A DNA stretch of 64,000 nucleotides, taken from assembly GCA_043228905.1 (NCBI GenBank), contig JBHGNT010000006.1, forward strand, positions 19,964,001 to 20,028,000, given 5' to 3'. The notes under the pieces were generated by a model that was given only the letters and a program-made list of their open reading frames with translations, was not told the DNA's origin and did not search any database. The stretch comes from Azolla caroliniana (lineage: Eukaryota; Plantae; Polypodiophyta). Position numbers and translations under genes: made by a program. Positions within the stretch are counted from its first letter, which is position 1. Each line of letters begins with the position of its first letter. Positions 58,801 through 64,000 of the stretch are shown here, piece after piece.

Positions 58801-61800
58801 TGCTAGGCAGTTCATTTAAAATGGAAAAAATGAAACAATTGGTAAATTTAGTTATTTAATGTTGAATACACTGCTTACCACTCTTGAACATGAGTTTCTT
58901 GGTCTAATCTACCATTTGTGACTCTGTTTTTCTTAAATGTACTTTTTCTAGGGGAAAAATAATTTGACGTCTTTTGTGCCACCCCTGCCTGAAGATATTG
59001 CAACTATATGCTACACTTCAGGCACAACTGGACCCCCTAAGGTTTGGGATTGCACCTAAGAATGCAATCTGTTATCGTCAATGCAGTAATTAATTATTGC
59101 AACTATGCAGGGGGCTGTTTTAAGTCATGGTAGTCTTTTGGCTAATGTTGCAGCTGGTTGTTTAAAACTTACAATCCACCCCACTGATGTGTAAGCTCTC
59201 TGATATCACTGGCTATGTATTTCTAGCCCTCTTTCTTAATGCAATCGTACGCTGTTTGGTGAAACCATTAATTCTGTTCCATGAACAGTTATATTTCATA
59301 TCTTCCATTAGCTCACATTTATGAAAGAGTAGCTGTTATTCTTATGTCAACTCATGGTGCAGCTATTGGGTTCTATCAAGGGGTAAGACTGTACTAGACT
59401 AGGTTCACAAGAATTTATATCCTTTAAACTTGGATGTAACTGACAAAATTTATGCACTGGTTAATACAAAATTTATACACTGGTTAATGCTGGATTTCTA
59501 GGATGTCATGAAATTGTTCGATGATATGGGTGTCCTGAGGCCAACTATTTTTGCTAGTGTTCCTCGTCTTTACAATCGCATTTATGATGGGTAAAGAGTG
59601 CTACTTTACATCTATATGAGCACTTTGTAGAGAAAACATATGCTAAAGCAAATTGGGTCATGACTCATGCGATTTATTGCAGAATTATTTCAGCTGTGAG
59701 AGCATCTGGTGGCTTAACAGAGAGAATTTTTAATATTGCTTACAATGCAAAGAAACAAGCCATCCAAAAAGGTAGATCCTACTTAGAGAGGTTTTTCTGC
59801 ATGGAAAACCCAAAGATCTAATAATCTCTACTGTCAGGAAAAACACCATCCCCTATTTGGGATCGCCTAGTCTTTAACAAAATAAAAGCAAAGTTGGGGG
59901 GGCGTGTACGTTTGATGACATCTGGGGCATCCCCAATATCACCAGATGTCTTGGATTTTCTCAGAATGTATGGTGTTAAAAGTCTTTTTTTGCAGTTTTG
60001 AAGTTTAAATTTGATTAAAAAAATTGTTTTTCAGACTGTGCTTCCTTTCTGCAGTTGTTTTGGTGGTTTTGTCACTGAAGGGTATGGTATGACAGAGACA
60101 GCTTGTTTCATTTCTACATGTGATATAGGTGATAATACATCAGGTCATGTTGGATCACCTACTGCTGCATCTGGTGACTCACTAAATCCGTTGAAGATCT
60201 TCCAATAGCAATAATATTATTGAAATGAACTCGGCGTTTATATTATTGTTCCGTATATCTTGCAGAGATCAAACTTGTAGATGTTCCTGAGATGAATTAT
60301 ACAGCAGGGGATAAGCCATATCCACGGGGAGAAATATGTGTCAGGGGACCAGTTATCTTCAAAGGCTATTTCAAAGATGAGACACAAACGTATTGATTCT
60401 TCGATCTTGCGCCTTTTACACAGTTCAAATTCCTACCAATGCATAACAATCGACAATGGCTCAGTTCGGTTAGAGAGTGTCAAAACTGAACCGAACCAAA
60501 CCACGAAACCGTTAAACTGAACCATTAAAAAAAATTCAAACTGTTAAACCATTAAACCGTTACAACCAGGGTTTCGTGGTTTCGGTTTCGGTTTTCAACT
60601 TAGGTCAAAACTCAAATTTAAAATTTTCAAAATTTTAAAGATTTTCCTAAAATGTGAGAATAAGGCCTGAAAATTAAAAGATTATTTAAAACCAATTAAA
60701 AAAACAATTGTTAAACCATTTAAACTGCGGTTTTTAACTGTTGAAACCAAATCGAACCGTTTAAAAAAACCTGAAACTGAACCGAATCGTTTAAACCATT
60801 AAGCCGTTAAGCCGTGGTTTTGCGGTTCGGGTCGGTTCAAACAAACAGAACCGCTGCGAACTATTACCAATACACTTTATTCATATCTATTTGCAGAAAG
60901 GAAGTTCTAGATGAAGAAGGCTGGCTGCATACTGGAGATATTGGAGAGTGGTTGCCTGGTGGAAGGCTTAAGATTATTGATAGGTTAGTTAATCATGTTT
61001 TATGATATTTTGCTATGTACTAATGATAGAATAGCTTCAGAAAATATTATGACAGAAACTCTTTAGCTTTTGTTTTTTCTCTAAGAAGTTATCTAACAAC
61101 AATCTTCTTTGAGTAAATCAAATGTATAACTCAATCCCGCGAGGCTACATATTTTTCAGAAAAACCCTTTGTATCAAGATAGTTAGTAGTGCTCTTGTGA
61201 AGAGAAGAAATGCATGGTCACATGCCCGCATTATGCAATCGTTTGTGAGCTTCATCATTATCGTGGCACCTTTTGTGCAGATTGTACATATGGATATCCA
61301 ACATGTTATTGACTACGAATCAATGATGGAAGCTATTTATGATTTTGGAATATCTATCTATATATATATATACACACACATATGTATGTACGTATGTATG
61401 TATATGTTAAATATGATTGTACCCTCTGATCTTGCTACATCTGTAACGGAAGACCAGTTGACAGTTTCTTCAGGGCTTTCCTATTGAGAGATAGATCTTC
61501 CTGTTAAGTGGTTGAAGGTATTTTGTCCTCACTGGATTGGAAATCAAGAAGGAAATTTCATCATCATTAATTCTACTCTATGGGATCAACTTTCATTCAT
61601 GCCTTCATCCAAGTTCAATCCTACCTACCTTAGCAACTCAGATGCCATGAGTTTTGTGGTGGTTTGGATGCTTCAAGCATTGCAAGTTAAGTGTGCTTGA
61701 GCTAGAACAGTACTGGGATGGGTAACCTCCCGGGAAGTTCTGGCTACATCTACGATAGTAATGGGTTCAGGGGGGGCCATTGCTATCAAGAGTGGACACA

Positions 61801-62837
61801 CTCTGTATTTGAGCGGTATGCCGATCTGCACTCCTTGCAAACCCTAGAAAGTGTTTGAAGATAATTTTTCCCTCACTGGATTGGAAATCAAGAAGGAAAT
61901 TTCATCATCAGTAATTCTACTCTATGGGATCAATTTTCATTCGTGCTTTCATCCAAGTTCAGTCCAATCATGAAAAGAAAGAGCTTAATCTGTCTACATA
62001 CCTTGCAGGAAGAAAAATATTTTCAAGCTTGCACAAGGAGAGTATATTGCTCCGGAGAAGATAGAAAATGTGTACATAAGAAGCAAGTATATTGCCCAAT
62101 GTTTCATACATGGTAAGCAAATTTGAACTGGCTATTATTGAATATGAAGATCAATGTAAGGTCTATAATGTGTGAAGAAAGGGCAGGTTTTCAATCCTTT
62201 ATGTATTAGGGGATAGCTTAAACTCAAGCCTGGTTGCGATTATCGTTGTTGATCCCGAAGAGGTCTTAAAATGGGCTACGTCAAGAGGCATAAAGGTCTC
62301 TCTATCTGTGTGTGTGTGTGTGTGTGTGTAATGATGTCTCTATCTACATCTATGTTTATATATGTATGTGTATGGTTTTTAGCATGCAAATGATCTGGAA
62401 GCTCTATGTAAAGACCCAGAGGTGCGAGCAACTATACTTGCTGACATGGATGCCCTAGGGCATGATGCCAAGGTGAAATGCTTTACATTGGTCTTTTTTT
62501 TCTTTGCAGCAACATTCTCATAACAATGTTAATTTGTTTGCAATTTCAACTATGACAGTTGCGAGGATTTGAATTTGCCAAATCTATAGAACTTGTTGTG
62601 GAGCCATTCACGTTGGAAAATGGGATGCTTACACCTACCTTCAAGGTATACTTCGGTAGTTTTAGAGCCTTCTTGTTTGTTTTAGGTTGTCTTACAATTG
62701 AGATTTCTACATGGTTATTACCTTTGGTTGACTATAACTAGATTAAAAGACCTCAAGCAAGGGCCAAGTTCGCAAAGACCATAGAGGATATGTATGCTGA
62801 GCTTGCTTTGAAAGAAGATGGAAAGATGATGGTATGA
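49839..62837 (+). CDS. LACS6: Peroxisomal long-chain acyl-CoA synthetase (LACS6/LACS7-like), 24 exons
   Basis: GT-AG exons read by eye: 49839-49908, 56341-56388, 56473-56533, 56853-56930, 57040-57111, 57314-57395, 57535-57640, 57968-58044, 58249-58293, 58368-58454, 58952-59041, 59111-59190, 59289-59382, 59502-59590, 59683-59771, 59838-59967, 60055-60173, 60266-60389, 60897-60983, 62009-62112, 62210-62295, 62383-62472, 62559-62645, 62742-62837. Motifs [91 protein letters not shown]. Confidence 0.92.
50567..55980 (-). mobile_element. Ty1/Copia element 3 in LACS intron 1, antisense to the gene
   Basis: LTRs 55659-55980 and 50567-50888 (322 bp, TG...CA), PBS TGGTATTAGAGC 55647-55658, PPT ~50889-50897. 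Frameshifted ORFs 54427-55263, 53062-54276, 52005-53156 and 50929-52038 carry gag, [16 protein letters not shown] and HARTKHIE. Confidence 0.95.
55981..56170 (-). repeat. Extra copy of the Copia 3 PPT plus RNase H C-terminus outside the 5' LTR
   Basis: Direct repeat of ~50889-51078. Confidence 0.92.
60447..60870. mobile_element. MITE-like non-autonomous DNA element in LACS intron 18
   Basis: Clusters of AAACCG/AACCGA and CGGTTT motifs in mirror arrangement, with imperfect inverted ends. No clear TSD. Confidence 0.5.
61513..61961 (+). repeat. ~105-bp direct repeats (61513-61618 and ~61856-61961) bracketing the 5S-like segment
   Basis: Both copies read TGAAG...CCTCACTGGATTGGAAATCAAGAAGGAAATTTCATCATCA...CATCCAAGTTCA. 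Confidence 0.85.
61641..61750 (+). pseudogene. 5S rRNA-derived segment (3' half with internal control region well conserved)
   Basis: 61682-61750 AGTTAAGTGTGCTTGAGCTAGAACAGTACTGGGATGGGTAACCTCCCGGGAAGTTCTGGCTACATC matches the plant 5S 3' half (A-box, IE, C-box). The 5' half is recognisable only weakly. Confidence 0.8.
62308..62329. repeat. (TG)n microsatellite in LACS intron 21
   Basis: About 11 TG units. Confidence 0.85.
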
Positions 62838-63419
62838 TGAACATGGTTTTCAGAAACCTTTTTCATCTTAGTTTTATTAAATTGGAAGGTAGTTCATTGC
62901 GGTTCCTTCAAAAAGACAACATAAACCCACCCCATTCATGTCTGCTATTGGATATACTCTCAGCCATTGTGTATGAAAAACTAGTCACAATATGTTACTA
63001 AATAGTACCCAAAAAAAATGTTAGCCTTCAGGAGGGGAATTTGTTAGTGTATAAAAGGCATGTTCAAATAATCAAACAATGATAATAAAAATGTTGCAAG
63101 AGTGTTCTATTATTACATGAAAGGTTACAGTCAAATACATTCCTTGTGAGGAAAAGCTTTCAATGTGAAGTTTGGTGGGTTTTTAGTTTTTTACCTTGTC
63201 TCTAGGAAACACTTGAAAAGACATCATTTTAAGTTAGTGATTATAAACGGAAAATGTTTACAATCTTATTTTTCATCTTACTGAAAATGTAGAATCTTGT
63301 GCACAAGAGAATGATGCTTTCCACTTGTTGAGACAAGAGTTAACTGCTATCTAATATATATGAAGGATTTTATATATACAATAGGATGGTCACATGCTTT
63401 AAATCATTCTCTCTCCTTC

Positions 63420-64000
63420 ACCACAAAAGGGACCACGTGGGTCTTGGACTAGAAAGGACACAAAGGCTTAGAGGGCTCGGATGATAGGGGGCTCAAATGC
63501 TCTTAGGAATCAAAAGCTCAATAGAGTCAAGTGCTCCTCATACTCAGAGGTTTGTCAGAGTTGAAACCTCTCCAAAGTCAAAGGGAAACCAAGTTGAAGG
63601 GATTGTAGCATCGAGGGGAGAGCATACTCGAAGGGAGCACAGAGTCGAAGGGAGAGTAGAGTTGAAGGGTGCATGGTCAAAGGGAAAGACATGCCCTTCT
63701 CTTTTCCTCATCTCACTCTTGCAAGTAGGCCAACAGTTTATGCACGAGGTTAGGGTGGAAACAAGCAATTAATGTAATGGACATAACTGAAGGATGTACA
63801 AGCAAGATTAAGAATGAGGAGACTTGTATTAGGCTGTAAACATTTAGATTAAACAAGGAAAACCCTTTTTAGGTTAGGATGTACAACGGTTCGAGTGGAC
63901 AATTACAACGGTGGTAGCAACTCTAACCACTAATTAAATAGTGAAGACAAAAAGAAAGATAAACGAGGAGAGTTGAAACTCTTGGTGATGGCGAGTCGTG
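63420..64000. mobile_element. Possible TE/LTR fragment downstream of the gene
   Basis: Purine-rich, with imperfect ~21-bp (G)AGT(C/T)GAAGGGA repeats at 63590-63680. GGGACCAC..GGTCTTGGACTAG resembles the U5 of the Gypsy LTRs. No coding motifs. Confidence 0.3.

Noticed and set aside
61641-61750. Functional 5S rRNA gene or canonical Cassandra element
   Set aside because: The 5' half is degenerate, there is no T-run terminator, the 5S part lies between rather than within the direct repeats, and no PBS or PPT is visible.

Overview
Plant nuclear DNA, most likely a moss (Physcomitrium/Funariaceae-like; inferred from the TE families, a bryophyte-like 5S fragment and the gene structure). Bases 1-~47900 are a deeply nested retrotransposon cluster. 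It contains an RTE-type LINE fragment and several tRNA-Trp-primed non-chromovirus Ty3/Gypsy elements with 4-bp TSDs: one apparently intact young copy at 8871-16210, two decayed copies, and solo or partial LTRs. It also contains two Ty1/Copia elements, a decayed L1-type LINE and a chromodomain Gypsy. Bases ~49839-62837 hold a 24-exon peroxisomal long-chain acyl-CoA synthetase gene (LACS6/7-like). Its introns carry a third Copia, a MITE-like repeat and a 5S rRNA-derived segment between direct repeats. The most notable observations in the Trp-primed Gypsy lineage are: a conserved G_GAU_UUU -1 frameshift site plus covarying pseudoknot placed after the protease, a D-H-G protease active site, a tRNA-like Pol III A/B-box module antisense in U3, CG-centred target sites and marked CWG depletion. 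Two structurally aberrant integrants also stand out: one with inverted LTR ends and one with extra PPT/pol sequence outside the 5' LTR. All coordinates were read by eye and may be off by a few bases.
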